Position numbers and translations under genes: made by a program
Notes under the pieces: generated by a model
Databases searched by the model: none
What the model was told of the DNA's origin: nothing
Seen by the model: the letters and a program-made list of their open reading frames with translations, nothing else
Part shown: piece by piece, positions 12,605 to 25,692 of the stretch
Numbering within the stretch: the first letter of the stretch is position 1
Layout of the letters: the number at the start of each line of letters is the position of its first letter
Source: Octopus sinensis
Lineage: Eukaryota
Assembly: GCF_006345805.1 (NCBI RefSeq)
Contig: NC_043020.1
Coordinates: forward strand, 6,076,001-6,140,000
Direction: 5' to 3'
Length of the DNA stretch: 64,000 nt

Positions 12605-13309
12605 GGTCAGTGTATATTTGATGGTACTGTTCATTTAGTGGTTTCGGGGATCTGCATCTCTCTTGCATGATTCATATTTGACCTGGTTCCTAACCCCCAA
12701 CTGCATCGCAAAATGTGCAGAGTATATTTTTCATAGCAACATCATTAAGATGGTGTCATGTACTTGACATGACGAAAGGTACCCCTAATCCTTACACCTT
12801 ACAGGTTACACTGGGAGTAATTTTACATAGCACCAGCACTGCAAGGGTAGCCATGTCTGCAACACAACTCAAGAGACCTCTTGACCCCATTTCTTTCATT
12901 CATCATCCTATTTAAAGGGAGACAGACACGAAAGATAAGGCATGAAGGATAGCAATAAGTCTTTAGAGAGTTGAGTGATAAGGAGCACTTGGCATTCTCA
13001 GACACGTATCTAGAGTCAAGGTAATGTGAGTGAGGGGTTAGAGTGATAACAGAGACATGACCCTGGAGTTTGAGTGAGGACACGGCCTTATAAATATGTC
13101 TGTCTGCCTGCCTGTCTGTGTATGTATGTATGTATGTATGCATATATGCAATTGTTTGCGAGTGTGTTTACGAGTCTGTGTGTAAGTGTGTATGAGTTTG
13201 TGTTGTGTGTGTGAATTTGCATATGGGAGTTTGCGGAATTTGAGTGCGTGTATGTGCATGTGTGTGTGTGTGTGAGTGAGACTGTCTATATGAGATTATG
13301 TGTGATTTT

Positions 13310-16300
13310 GTGCATGTGGCTGTGTGTGTGAGTATATGTAGAGGTTTGTGTGTATGTGCGTATGTGACTGTGTGTGTGAGTATATGTAGAGGTTTGTGTG
13401 TATGTGCGTATGTGACTGTGTGTGTGAGTATATGTAGAGGTTTGTGTGTATGTGCGTATGTGACTGTGTGCGTGAGTATTTGTAGAGGTTTGTGTGTATG
13501 TGCGTATGTGACTGTGTGTGAGTATATGTAGAGGTTGTGTGTATGTGCGTGCGTATGTGACTGTGTGGTGAGTATATGTAGAGGTTTGTGTGTATGTGCG
13601 TATGTGACTGTGTGTGTGAGTATATGTAGAGGTTTGTGTGTATGTGCGTATGTGACTGTGTGTGTGAGTATATGTAGAGGTTTGTGTGTATGTGCGTATG
13701 TGACTGTGTGTGTGAGTATATGTAGAGGTTTGTGTGTATGTGCGTATGTGACTGGTGTGTGTGTGTATATGTAGAGGTTTGTGTGTATGTGCGTATGTGA
13801 CTGTGTGTGTGAGTATATGTAGAGGTTTGTGTGTATGTGCGTATGTGACTGTGTGTGTGAGTATATGTAGAGGTTTGTGTGTGTGTGTGCGTATGTGACT
13901 GTGTGTGTGAGTATATGTAGAGGTTTGTGTGTATGTGCGTATGTGACTGTGTGTGTGAGTATATGTAGAGGTTTGTGTGTATGTGCGTATGTGGCTGTGT
14001 GTGTGAGTATATGTAGAGGTTTGTGTGTATGTGCGTATGTGACTGTGTGTGTGAGTATATGTAGAGGTTTGTGTGTATGTGCGTATGGTGGCTTGTGTGT
14101 GAGTATATGTAGAGGTTTGTGTGTATGTGCGTATGTGACTGTGTGTGTGAGTATATGTAGAGGTTTGTGTGTATGTGCGTATGGGACTGTGTGTGTGAGT
14201 ATATTTAGAGGTTTGTGTGTATGTGCGTATGTGACTGTGTGTGAGTATATGTAGAGGTTTGTGTGTATGTGCGTATGTGACTGTTGTGTGAGTATATGTA
14301 GAGGTTTGTGTGTATGTGCGTATGTGACTGTGTGTGAGTATATGTAGAGGTTGTGTGTATGTGCGTATGTGACTGTGTGTGTGAGTAATATGTAGAGGTT
14401 TGTGTGTATGTGCATATGTGACTGTGTGCGTGAGTATATGTAGAGGTTTGTTGTATGTGCGTATGTGACTGTGTGTGAGTATATGTAGAGGTTTGTGTGT
14501 ATGTGCGTATGTGACTGTGTGTGTGAGTATATGTAGAGGTTTGTGTGTATGTGCGTATGAATGTGTGTGGTGTGTGAGTATATGTAGAGGTTTGTGTGTA
14601 TGTGCGTATGTGACTGTGTGTGTGAGTATATGTAGAGGTTTGTTGTGTATGTGCGTATGTGACTGTGTGCGTGAGTATTTGTAGAGGTTTGTGCTAATAG
14701 TATGTGCGTAGGTGACTGTGTGTGAGTATATGTAGAGGTTTGTGTGTATGTGCGTATGTGACTGTGTGTGTGAGTATATGTAGAGGTTTGTGTGTATGTG
14801 CGTATGTGACTGTGTGTGAGTTATGTAGAGGTTTGTGTGTATGTGCGTATGTGACTGTGTGTGTGTGAGTATATGTAGAGGTTTGTGTGTATGTGCGTAT
14901 GTGACTGTTGTGTGTGAGTATATGTAGAGGTTTGTGTGTATGTGCGTATGTGACTGTGTGTGTGTGTATATGGAGGTTTGTGTGTATGTGCGTATGTGAC
15001 TGTGTGTGTGAGTATTTGTAGAGGTTTGTGTGTATGTGCGTATGTGACTGTGTGTGTGAGTATATGTAGAGGTTTGTGTGTATGTGCGTATGTGACTGTG
15101 TGTGTGTGAGTATGTAGAGGTTTGTGTGTATGTGCGTATGTGACTGTGTGTGTGAGTATATGTAGAGGTTTGTGTGTATGTGCGTATGTGACTGTGTGTG
15201 TGAGTATATGTAGAGGTTTGTGTGTATGTGCGTATGTGACTGTGTGTGTGAGAGTATATGTAGAGGTTTGTGTGTATGTGCGTATGTGACTGTGTGTGTG
15301 AGTATTTGTAGAGGTTTGTGTGTATGTGCGTATGTGAGACTGTGTGTGTGAGTATATGTAGAGGTTTGTGTGTATGTGCGTATGTGACTGTGTGTGTGAG
15401 TATATGTAGAGGTTTGTGTGTATGTGGCGTATGTGACTGTGTGTGTGAGTATTTGTAGAGGTTTGTGTGTATGTGCGTATGTGACTGTGTGTGTGAGTAT
15501 GTAGAGGTTTTGTGTATGTGCGTATGTGACTGTGTGTGTGAGTATATGTAGAGGTTTGTGTGTATGTGCGTATGTGACTGTGTGTGTGAGTATTTGTAGA
15601 GGTTTGGTGTGTATGTGCGTATGTGACTGTGTGTGTGAGTATATGTAGAGGTTTGTGTGTATGTGCGTATGTGACTGTGTGTGTGAGTATATGTAGAGGT
15701 TTGTGTGTATGTGCGTATGTGACTGTGTGTGTGAGTATATGTAGAGGTTTGTGTGTATGTGCGTATGTGACTGTGTGTGTGAGTATATGTAGAGGTTTGT
15801 GTGTATGTGCGTATGTGACTGTTGTGTGAGTATATGTAGAGGTTTGTGTGTATGTGCGTATGTGACTGTGTGCGTGAGTATTTGTAGAGGTTTGTGTGTA
15901 TGTGCGTAGGTGACTGTTGTGAGTATATGTAGAGGTTTGTGTGTATGTGCGTATGTGACTGTGTGTGTGAGTATATGTAGAGGTTTGTGTGTATGTGCGT
16001 ATGTGACTGTGTGTGAGTATATGTAGAGGTTTGTGTGTATGTGCGTATGTGACTGTGTGTGTGAGTATATGTAGAGGTTTGTGTGTATGTGCGTATGTGA
16101 CTGTGTGTGTGAGTATATGTAGAGGTTTGTGTGTATGTGCGTATGTGACTGTGTGTGTGAGTATATGTAGAGGTTTGTGTGTATGTGCGTATGTGACTGT
16201 GTGTGTGAGTATTTGTAGAGGTTTGTGTGTATGTGCGTATGTGACTGTGTGTGTGAGTATATGTAGAGGTTTGTGTGTATGTGCGTATGTGACTGTGTGT

Positions 16301-19300
16301 GTGAGTATATGTAGAGGTTTGTGTGTATGTGCGTATGTGACTGTGTGTGTGAGTATATGTAGAGGTTTGTGTGTATGTGCGTATGTGACTGTGTGTTGTG
16401 AGTATATGTAGAGGTTTGTGTGTATGTGCGTATGTGACTGTGTGTGTGAGTATATGTAGAGGTTTGTGTGTATGTGCGTATGTGACTGTGTGTGTGAGTA
16501 TTTGTAGAGGTTTGTGTGTATGTGCGTATGTGACTGTGTGTGTGAGTATATGTAGAGGTTTGTGTGTATGTGCGTATGTGACTGTGTGTGTGAGTATATG
16601 TAGAGGTTTGTGTGTATGTGCGTATGTGACTGTGTGTGTGAGTATTTGTAGAGGTTTGTGGTGTATGTGCGTATGTGACTGTGTGTGTGAGTATATGTAG
16701 AGGTTTGTGTGTATGTGCGTATGTGACTGTGTGTGTGAGTATATGTAGAGGTTTGTGTGTATGTGCGTATGTGACTGTGGTGTGAGTATATGTAGAGGTT
16801 TGTGTGTATGTGCGTATGTGACTGTGTGTGTGAGTATATGTAGAGGTTTGTGTGTATGTGCGTATGTGACTGTGTGTGTGAGTATTTGTAGAGGTTTGTG
16901 TGTATGTGCGTATGTGACTGTGTGTGTGAGTATATGTAGAGGTTTGTGTGTATGTGCGTATGTGACTGTGTGTGTGAGTATTTGTAGAGGTTTGTGTGTA
17001 TGTGCGTATGTGACTGTGTGTGTGAGTATATGTAGAGGTTTGTGTGTATGTGCGTATGTGACTGTGTGTGTGAGTATATGTAGAGGTTTGTGTGTATGTG
17101 CGTATGTGGCTGTGTGTGTGAGTATATGTAGAGGTTTGTGTGTATGTGCGTATGTGACTGTGTGTGTGAGTATATGTAGAGGTTTGTGTGTATGTGCGTA
17201 TGTGGCTGTGTGTGTGAGTATATGTAGAGGTTTGTGTGTATGTGCGTATGTGACTGTGTGTGTGAGAGTATAGTAGAGGTTTGTGTGTATGTGCGTATGT
17301 GGCTGGTGGTGTGTGAGTATATGTAGAGGTTTGTGTGTATGTGCGTATGTGACTGTGTGTGTGAGTATATGTAGAGAGGTTGTGTGTATGTGCGTATGTG
17401 ACTGTGTGTGTGAGTATATGTAGAGGTTTGTGTGTATGTGTGCGTATGTGACTGTGTGTGAGTATATGTAGAGGTTTGTGTGTATGTGCGTATGTGACTG
17501 TGTGTGTGAGTATTTGTAGAGGTTTGTGTGTATGTGCGTATGTGACTGTGTGTGTGAGTATATGTAGGGTTTGTGTGTATGTGCGTATGTGACTGTGTGT
17601 GTGAGTATATGTAGAGGTTTGTGTGTATGTGCGTATGTGACTGTGTGTGTGAGTATATGTAGAGGTTTGTGTGTATGTGCGTATGTGGCTGTGTGTGAGT
17701 ATATGTAGAGGTTTGTGTGTATGTGCGTATGTGACTGTGTGTGAGTATATGTAGAGGTTTGTGTGTATGTGCGTATGTGACTGTGTGTGTGAGTATATGT
17801 AGAGGTTTGTGTGTATGTGCGTATGTGGCTGTGTGTGTGAGTATATGTAGAGGTTTGTGTGTATGTGCGTATGTGACTGTGTGTGTGAGTATATGTAGAG
17901 GTTTGTGTGTATGTGCGTATGTGGCTGTGTGTGTGAGTATATGTAGAGGTTTGTGTGTATGTGCGTATGTGACTGTGTGTGTGAGTATATGTAGAGGTTG
18001 TGTGTGTATGTGCGTATGTGACTGTGTGTGTGAGTATATGTAGAGGTTGTTGTGTGTATGTGCGTATGTGGCTGGTGTGTGTGAGTATATGTAGAGGTTG
18101 TGTGTATGTGCGTATGTGACTGTGTGTGTGAGTATATAGTAGAGGTTGTGTGTATGTGCGTATGTGGCTGTGTGTGTGAGTATATGTAGAGGTTGTGTGT
18201 ATGTGCGTATGTGACTGTGTGTGTGAGTATATGTAGAGGTTTGTGTGTATGTGCGTATGTGACTGTGTGTGTGAGTATATGTAGAGGTTGTGTGTATGTG
18301 CGTATGTGGCTGTGTGTGTGAGTATATGTAGAGGTTTGTGTGTATGTGCGTATGTGACTGTGTGTGTGAGTATATGTAGAGGTTTGTGTGTATGTGCGTA
18401 TGTGACTGTGTGTGTGAGTATATGTAGAGGTTGTGTGTATGTGCGTATGTGACTGTGTGTGTGAGTATATGTAGAGGTTTGTGTGTATGTGCGTATGTGA
18501 CTGTGTGTGAGTATATGTAGAGGTTTGTGTGTATGTGCGTATGTGACTGTGTGTGTGAGTATTTGTAGAGGTTTGTGTGTATGTGCGTATGTGACTGTGT
18601 GTGTGAGTATATGTAGAGGTTTGTGTGTATGTGCGTATGTGACTGTGTGTGTGAGTATATGTAGAGGTTTGTGTGTATGTGCGTATGTGACTGTGTGTGT
18701 GAGTATATGTAGAGGTTTGTGTGTATGTGCGTATGTGACTGTGTGTGTGAGTATATGTAGAGGTTTGTGTGTATGTGCGTATGTGACTGTGTGTGAGTAT
18801 ATGTAGAGGTTTGTGTGTATGTGCGTATGTGGCTGTGTGTGTGAGTATATGTAGAGGTTTGTGTGTATGTGCGTATGTGACTGTGTGTGAGTATATGTAG
18901 AGGTTTGTGTGTATGTGCGTATGTGACTGTGTGTGTGTGAGTATATGTAGAGGTTTGTGTGTATGTGCGTATGTGACTGTGTGTGTGAGTATATGTAGAG
19001 GTTTGTGTGTATGTGCGTATGTGACTGTGTGTGTGAGTATATGTAGAGGTTTGTGGTGTATGTGCGTATGTGACTGTGTGTGTGAGTATATGTAGAGGTT
19101 TGTGTGTATGTGCGTATGTGACTGTGTGCGTGAGTATATGTAGAGGTTTGTGTGTATGTGCGTATGTGACGTGTGTGTGAGTATATGTAGAGGTTTGTGT
19201 GTATGTGCGTATGTGACTGTGTGTGTGAGTATATGTAGAGGTTTGTGTGTATGTGCGTATGTGACTGTGTGTGTGAGTATTGTAGAGGTTTGTGTGTATG

Positions 19301-19660
19301 TGCGTATGTGACTGTGTGTGTGAGTATATGTAGAGGTTTGTGTGTGTATGTGCGTATGTGACTGTGTTGTGAGTATATGTAGAGGTTTGTGTGTATGTGC
19401 GTATGTGACTGTGTGTGAGTATATGTAGAGGTTTGTGTGTATGTGCGTATGTGACTGTGTGTGAGTATATGTAGAGGTTTGTGTGTATGTGTGTATGTGA
19501 CTGTGTGCGTGAATATTTGTAGAGATTTGTGTGTCAGTGTGTGTAAGTTCGTATGTGTGTGTATGTGTGTATATGTGTGTGTATGCATGTGTGTGTGATT
19601 TTGTGCATGTCACTGTATGTGGCTGTGTGTGTGAGTATATGTAGGGGTTTGTGTGTGGGT
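13310..19660. repeat. 48-bp GT-rich minisatellite, ~130 copies
   Basis: Unit tatatgtagaggtttgtgtgtatgtgcgtatgtgactgtgtgtgtgag. Confidence 0.97.
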
Positions 19661-19876
19661 GTGTCTTTGTGTGTGAGTTTGCATCTGTGTGTGTACACAT
19701 GTGTGCATGAGTGTGTGTATCTGTGTGCGTGTGTGCTTGTACATGTGCGTGTGTGTGTGTTTACTTGTGTATGCATGTATCTATATGTATGTGTGTGAGT
19801 GTGTTGATGTGTATGTATGTACATAATATTATATGAACTTTTATTTCCATTTACCAAATAAATCTGCTTCCTGCAG

Positions 19877-20412
19877 GAGTATGACTTACCAAATTTCCTT
19901 CAAGGTTTGGAACGAGAGCAGACTCTACACATTGTCCTCACCTACAGCAGGAATATCCACAAGAAGACACAAGATGGTACCAGTTCAGATATTAACCAAA
20001 GCCAGAGCAGCTTATTCTTAAACACTTTATTTACAAAAACACAATCTTCCAGAGCGCCGACCAATCATCGGAAATCGAGTTTTGATGAGACATTGTTGCA
20101 ATCTTCAAGAAGCATTGTGGATCATTCTATGGACGGAAGCAACACACTTCTCTCTATGTCAATGCCGTCAAATCTATGGCACACTCTAGAGAAAAATGAC
20201 AATCGCACCAACACATCTGAAGAAATCTCTATTGGCAAATGTAAGCACAAGCCAAGTTTGATCCACCGTATCAGGAAACCGTTCTCGAGAGTTTGGTATA
20301 ATTTCCTCAATATCAAACGGCATGGGATGTTGAAGAACAGACACAGTACCTCGAAGGTGCGACTAAAGATCGATGAAGATTCAGACATTGACAGCAAAGA
20401 TGAAAATGAGAG
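19877..20412 (+). CDS. C12orf56: C12orf56/DUF4551-like gene, first exon found (a)
   Basis: Acceptor ttcctgcag|GAG, donor gagag|gtaaat, 536 nt (phase 0 to 2). EYDLPNFLQGLEREQTLHIVLTYSR resembles recalled human C12orf56 IDDYPEFLSSPDREISQHIRIIYSS; rest is a Ser/Thr-rich linker. Confidence 0.85.
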
Positions 20413-20694
20413 GTAAATGGAGTTTGTATGGTTCCATTCTCTTTTTACATCTAGCTTGTTTTGCTTTGGTTTTTAAAATTTTTACTTGTTATGGCGCAGG
20501 TTTAGTCGAGCAGTTAAGAAGTTCGCTTCTTAACCACACAACATATAACTAGACATGTGCGTACAAACAGATGTATGTATGTACTAACATATGTACATTG
20601 ATGTTGTTGAAATTCCAGTGAAGGAGCCTTGGGTCTAGGTTAGAAACCAGGTCTTTCTCTATTGGCAAGAAATCTTGAAATAGAACCAAATCAT

Positions 20695-21020
20695 CATCAT
20701 CATCATTGTTTAACGTCCGTTTTCCATGCTGGCATGGGTTGGACGGTTCGACCGGGGATCTGGGAAGCCAGAAGGCTGCACCAGGCCCCAGTCTGATCTG
20801 GCAGTGTTTCTACAGCTGGATGCCCTTTCTAACGCCAACCACTCTGTGAGTGTAGTGGGTGCTTTTTACGTGCCACCGGCACAGGTGCCAGGCAAGGCTG
20901 GCAACGGCCACAATCGGATTGGTGCTTTTTACATACCACCGGCACAGAAGCCAGTCAGGGCGGAGCTGGCATCAGCCACGTTCGGATGGTGCTTTTTACG
21001 TGCCACTGGCACGGAAGCCA
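20695..21020 (-). mobile_element. SINE family C (also 21240, 24850, 25695, 26905, 45367, 49200, 52200, 55490)
   Basis: (CAT)n gtttaacgtcc...ccatgctggcatgggttggacgg...ctggatgccct motif repeated across the window. Confidence 0.75.
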
Positions 21021-21825
21021 ATATACATACATACGTACGTACGTAAGTATGTATGTCCTTATTCGGTTCTGTTTCAAGGTTTCTAGCCAATAGAGTAAGA
21101 GCTGGTTTCTAACCTAGACCCAAGGCTCCTTCACTGGAATTTCAACAACATCAATTGCAGTTGTGGCAGATACCGGTGTCACACAAATCGATACCTGTGC
21201 CAGTGGCATGTAAAAGCATCCTGGTGTCACACAAATGGCACCTACGCAATTGGCACATAAAAACACCCTCTCGGAGTAGTTAGAGTTAGGAAGGGCATCC
21301 AGCCATAGAAAAACATGCCAAATCAGACAGGAGTTTGGTGCAGCCTTCCAGCATGTCAGCCCAGTCAAATCGTCCAATCCATGCCAGCATGGACAACGGA
21401 CGACGACGACGATGATGATGATCAACAGCGTATTTTTGTATGTATGTATGTATATGTGTAGATGTACGTTTTGTTTTATTCATGTATTCTTAGGGGTTCG
21501 GCAAAACAAACCAATAAATAAGCACCTGGCTTTTAAAAAAAATAATTCCTGGGATTGATTCATTGGACTAAAAATTCTTCAAGGCGGTGCCCCAGCATGG
21601 CCTTGGTCTAACAACTGAAACAAATAAAATTTTAAAAGATGTTAAAACTGAGACAGTACATGTTTCTTACTGTAGAACAGATACAGGGCTGCTCCCATTA
21701 CAGAAGAAAGGGTGGGAGTAACTGGGACCTGCAGGGTTTTTTTTTGTTTTGTTTTTTGCGTATGTAATATGATTTAAAAAAAACACAAAACTCCGTCGGG
21801 AGATGGTGTTGGTAATATCTATGAA

Positions 21826-22924
21826 TATCTGCCGCTACGTTCTGAGTTCAAATTCCGCCGAGGTAGACTTTGCCTTTCATCCTTTCGGGGTCGATAAATT
21901 AAGTACCAGTTACGCATTGGAGTCGATGTAATCGACTTAATCCCTTTGTCTGTCCTTGTTTGTCCCCTCTATGTTTAGCCCCTTGTGGGTAGTAAAGAAA
22001 TAGGTATTTCGTCTGCCGTTACGTTCTGAGTTCAAATTCCGCTGAGGTTCACTTTGCCTTTCATCCTTTCGGGGTCGATAAATTAAGTACCATTTACGCA
22101 CTGGAGTCGATGTAATCGACTTAATCCCTTTGTCTGTCCTTGTTTGTCCCCTCTATGTTTAGCCCCTTGTGGGTAGTAAAGAAATAGGTATTTCGTCTGC
22201 CGTTACGTTCTGAGTTCAAATTCCGCTGAGGTCCACTTTGCCTTTCATCCTTTCGGGGTCGATAAACAAAGCACCAGTTACGCACTGGAGTCGATGTAAT
22301 CGACTTAATCCCTTTGTCTGTTCTTGTTTGTCCCCTCTATGTTTAGCCCCTTGTGGGTAGTAAAGAAATAGGTATTTCGTCTGCCGTTACGTTCTGAGTT
22401 CAAATTCCGCTGAGGTCCACTTTGCCTTTCATCCTTTCGGGGTCGATAAACAAAGCACCAGTTACGCACTGGAGTCGATGTAATCGACTTAATCCCTTTG
22501 TCTGTCCTTGTTTGTCCCCTCTATTTTAGCCCCTTGTGGGTAGTAAAGAAATAGGTATTTCGTCTGCCGTTACGTTCTGAGTTCAAATTCCGCTGAGGTT
22601 CACTTTGCCTTTCATCCTTTCGTCGATAAATTAAGTACCAGTTACGCACTGGAGTCGATGTAATCGACTTAAAATCCCTTTGTCTGTCCTTGTTTGTCCC
22701 CTCTATGTTTAGCCCCTTGTGGGTAGTAAAGAAATAGGTATTTCGTCTGCCGTTACGTTCTGAGTTCAAATTCCGCTGAGGTCCACTTTGCCTTTCATCC
22801 TTTCGGGGTCGATAAATTAAGTACCAGTTACGCACTGGAGTCGATGTAATCGACTTAATCCCTTTGTCTGTCCTTGTTTGTCCCCTCTATGTTTAGCCCC
22901 TTGTGGGTAGTAAAGAAATAGGTA
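21826..22924 (+). repeat. Tandem hexamer of a 183-184-bp SINE-B segment
   Basis: Unit starts at ~21826, 22007, 22191, 22375, 22558, 22741. Confidence 0.95.
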
Positions 22925-23183
22925 ATATCTAGGTATGACCAAGCAAGGGAGGTAACTCCAGCCAAGTTAATTCAAATTTTGAGAAAATACTGACGCTTAA
23001 TTAGAAGTGGATCCCGGTTTTCATAACCGTCTGGTTAAAGTTAATTAACAAGAAATGATTCAATTACAAATACATGATAACCCCTTTTTTTAAAAATTTC
23101 CACTGGCCATTCTACCTTGTTATCTAATGCCACAAATTCTACCTTTTACTTTAAAAAAAACCAACAACAACCAAAAAAAGCAG

Positions 23184-23364
23184 GCTGCCGTCACCAAGGG
23201 ACATTTCTGAAAGCAAAACAAAGACATTACGTGGTTCCAAAGTGTCACACAACCCGGGGAAATCTTCCAATGCCATACAGCTGTATGTCCTCGATGTGTA
23301 TTTGCTGAAGAACAACTCTCCATCATTGGACCTCATTAGGTACGCCTGGGATAATTACTTGATT
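23184..23364 (+). CDS. C12orf56: C12orf56-like exon b
   Basis: RLPSPRDIS...SNAIQLYVLDVYLLKNNSPSLDLIRYAWDNYLI then donor |gtaagt; resembles human ELHLYVISTTSSIFLHLKSSWNNYII. 181 nt, phase 2 to 0. The 5' boundary (aagcag|g) is less certain because the acceptor is A-rich. Confidence 0.8.
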
Positions 23365-24395
23365 GTAAGTGAACAAGAATATTTAAAACTTCTTCTTCTT
23401 CTTCCTCCTCCTCCTCCTCTTTCCCCTCCTCCCTTCCCTTCTAGTGATGTATTTATTGCAGGAAGCTCTGTCTATGTAATCCCCTGAACTTCTGTCTCAA
23501 ATTTCTGGCCCTTTGGTCCAATGTCGGAAATACCAAAAAAGGTTGACTTTGCTTTCGTCCTGTTGGATCAATAAAATAAAGGACCAGAATCAATGTAATC
23601 AACTAGAACTTTCCCCAAAAAATTTTCAAGCCTTTTGCTTATAGTAGAAAGGGTTATTATTATTATTATGATTATTATTATTATTATCATTATTATTATT
23701 ATTATTATCATTATCAATTATTATTATTGCATAAGGCAGTGAGCTGGCAGAATCGTTAGCATGCCAGGAGAAATGCTTAGCAGTATTTCATCTGTCTTTA
23801 CGTTCTGAGTTCAAATTCTGCCAAGGTCAACTTTGCGATTCATCCTTTTGGGGTCGATAAATTAAGTATCAGTTGCATACTGGAGTTGATCTAATCGACT
23901 GGCCCCACTCCCCAAAAATTTAGGGCCTTGAACCTAGTGTAGAAAAGATTATTATTATTATTATCAACATCATTATTATTATTGAGTAAAGCAGTGAGCT
24001 GGCAGAATCGTTAGCACACCAGGAGAAATACTTAGCAGTATTTCGTCTGATGCTACATTCTGAGTTCAATTTCCACTGAGGTCGACTTTGCCTTTCATCC
24101 TTTCAGGGTCGATAAATTAAGTACCAGTTGTGTATTGGGGTCAATCTAATTGGCTGGCCTCCTCCCCAAAAATTTCAGGCTTTGTGCCTAGGATAGAAAA
24201 GTATTTTTTCTACCATTCCATTCTAAGTTCAAATTTCACTGAGGTTATCACTGCCTTTCATCTTTTCTGGGTCAATAAATCAAGTACCAGTAAAACACGG
24301 GGGTCAATGTAATCGACTAGTCCCCTCCCCGACAATTTCAGGCTTTGTGTCTATAGTAGAAAGGATTATTATTGTTTTTTTTCTCTTTAATACAG

Positions 24396-24463
24396 AGGTC
24401 TACAGAGCAACAGTCAAATCGAAGGTGTACAGATGTCTCTACACAGGACAGTCAAAGTCTAAG
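24396..24463 (+). CDS. C12orf56: C12orf56-like exon c
   Basis: Acceptor tttttttctctttaatacag|, donor ctaag|gtatgt; 68 nt, phase 0 to 2, exactly bridges exons b and d (RSTEQQSNRRCTDVSTQDSQSL). Confidence 0.75.
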
Positions 24464-25131
24464 GTATGTGGGTAGTTGTGATGATGATGGGGTGGTGGTG
24501 GGTGGAATTGATGAGTGGTGGCAGTGGTCAATTGGCACAGTCATTGAAAGTCCGAGCATGGTTGTGAGATATCAGGCCCAAAATATTCTACCTATTCTAT
24601 GACCAAACTGGCCAGATCTAGCCTCTCACACCTACCCTACAATGTCATTTTAAAAACAAACAATTATATCATTTTAAAAATAAACATGAGCATTATCTCA
24701 AAGCTATGAAATAAGGCAGGATTAATTCACACCTACTCTACGGTGTCATTTTAAAAATAGACATTATCACATTATCTCAAAGCTATAAGATAATGCAGGA
24801 TTAATGCAAAACAATATGAATGAATAAGCATTATATATACATGCTAGGAAAGACCTGTCAAGCCAAGTGAGACGATAGCCATTGCTGATGCCGGTGTCAC
24901 ATAACTGGCACCTGTGCCAGTGGCATGTAAACAGCACCCACTACACTCTTGGTGTTATGAAGGCCACCCAGCTGTAGAAACCATGCCAAATCAGATTGGA
25001 GCCTGGTGCAGTTCCCTAGCTTACCAGTTTTCAGTCAAATCGTCCAACCCATGCCAGCATGGAAAACGGATGTTAAATGATGATGATGATTTGACAGAAT
25101 CATCATCATCATCCTCATCATTATCGTTTAA

Positions 25132-25692
25132 CCCTTTCGTTACTTTATTTCTGTTGAGATGCTCTGTGTTTCTTTCAATTAATTTTAAATATAACAAAGA
25201 ATTTAGTAAAATAACTTTGTTATCATTAAGCTAGTGTTAGGAACATAAATTGTGACTAAGGTTTGGTGGAAGATTTTAATTCAGAACTTATGAAAACAAG
25301 ACATTTGTACTACAGATCCAGAACCGGTTTCAGCCGGGTTGGTATCAAAAGGGTTAAGTGAAGCTATTTAAAAAAGGAAGAATGATTTTATTGCTGTTGA
25401 GGTCATCTTCACCTTTCATATCTTCAACATCAATACTAATGGGACCTGTGGAAATTCTACAGAGCAAAAAAGATTAACCCTTTTGTTACCATATTTCTGT
25501 TGAGATACTCTGTGTTTCCTTCAATTAATTTTAAATATAACAAAGAATTTAGTAAAATAATTTAGTTATCATTCAGCTAGTGTTAGGAACATAAATTGTG
25601 ACTAAGGTTTGGTGGAAGATTTTAATTCAAAGCTTATGAAAACAAAATAGTTGTACTCAGAGCCGGTTTCAGCCGGGTTGGTAACGAAAGGG
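25132..25692. mobile_element. Composite piggyBac-type MITE (MITE-spacer-MITE), copy 1
   Basis: TTAA at 25128, 25354, 25474 and 25693; outer TIRs CCCTTTCGTTAC/GTAACGAAAGGG are perfect; removing it restores a SINE tail (atcgtttaacatcc). Confidence 0.85.

Noticed and set aside
13168-19700. ORFs of 2100, 1668 and 415 aa on the minus strand
   Set aside because: The C/A-rich strand of the 48-bp unit has no stop codon in any frame, and the peptide switches among three repeat phases at small indels. Repeat artefact.
21826-22924. CRISPR-like array
   Set aside because: Whole units repeat with no unique spacers, the unit is a SINE fragment, and the context is eukaryotic.
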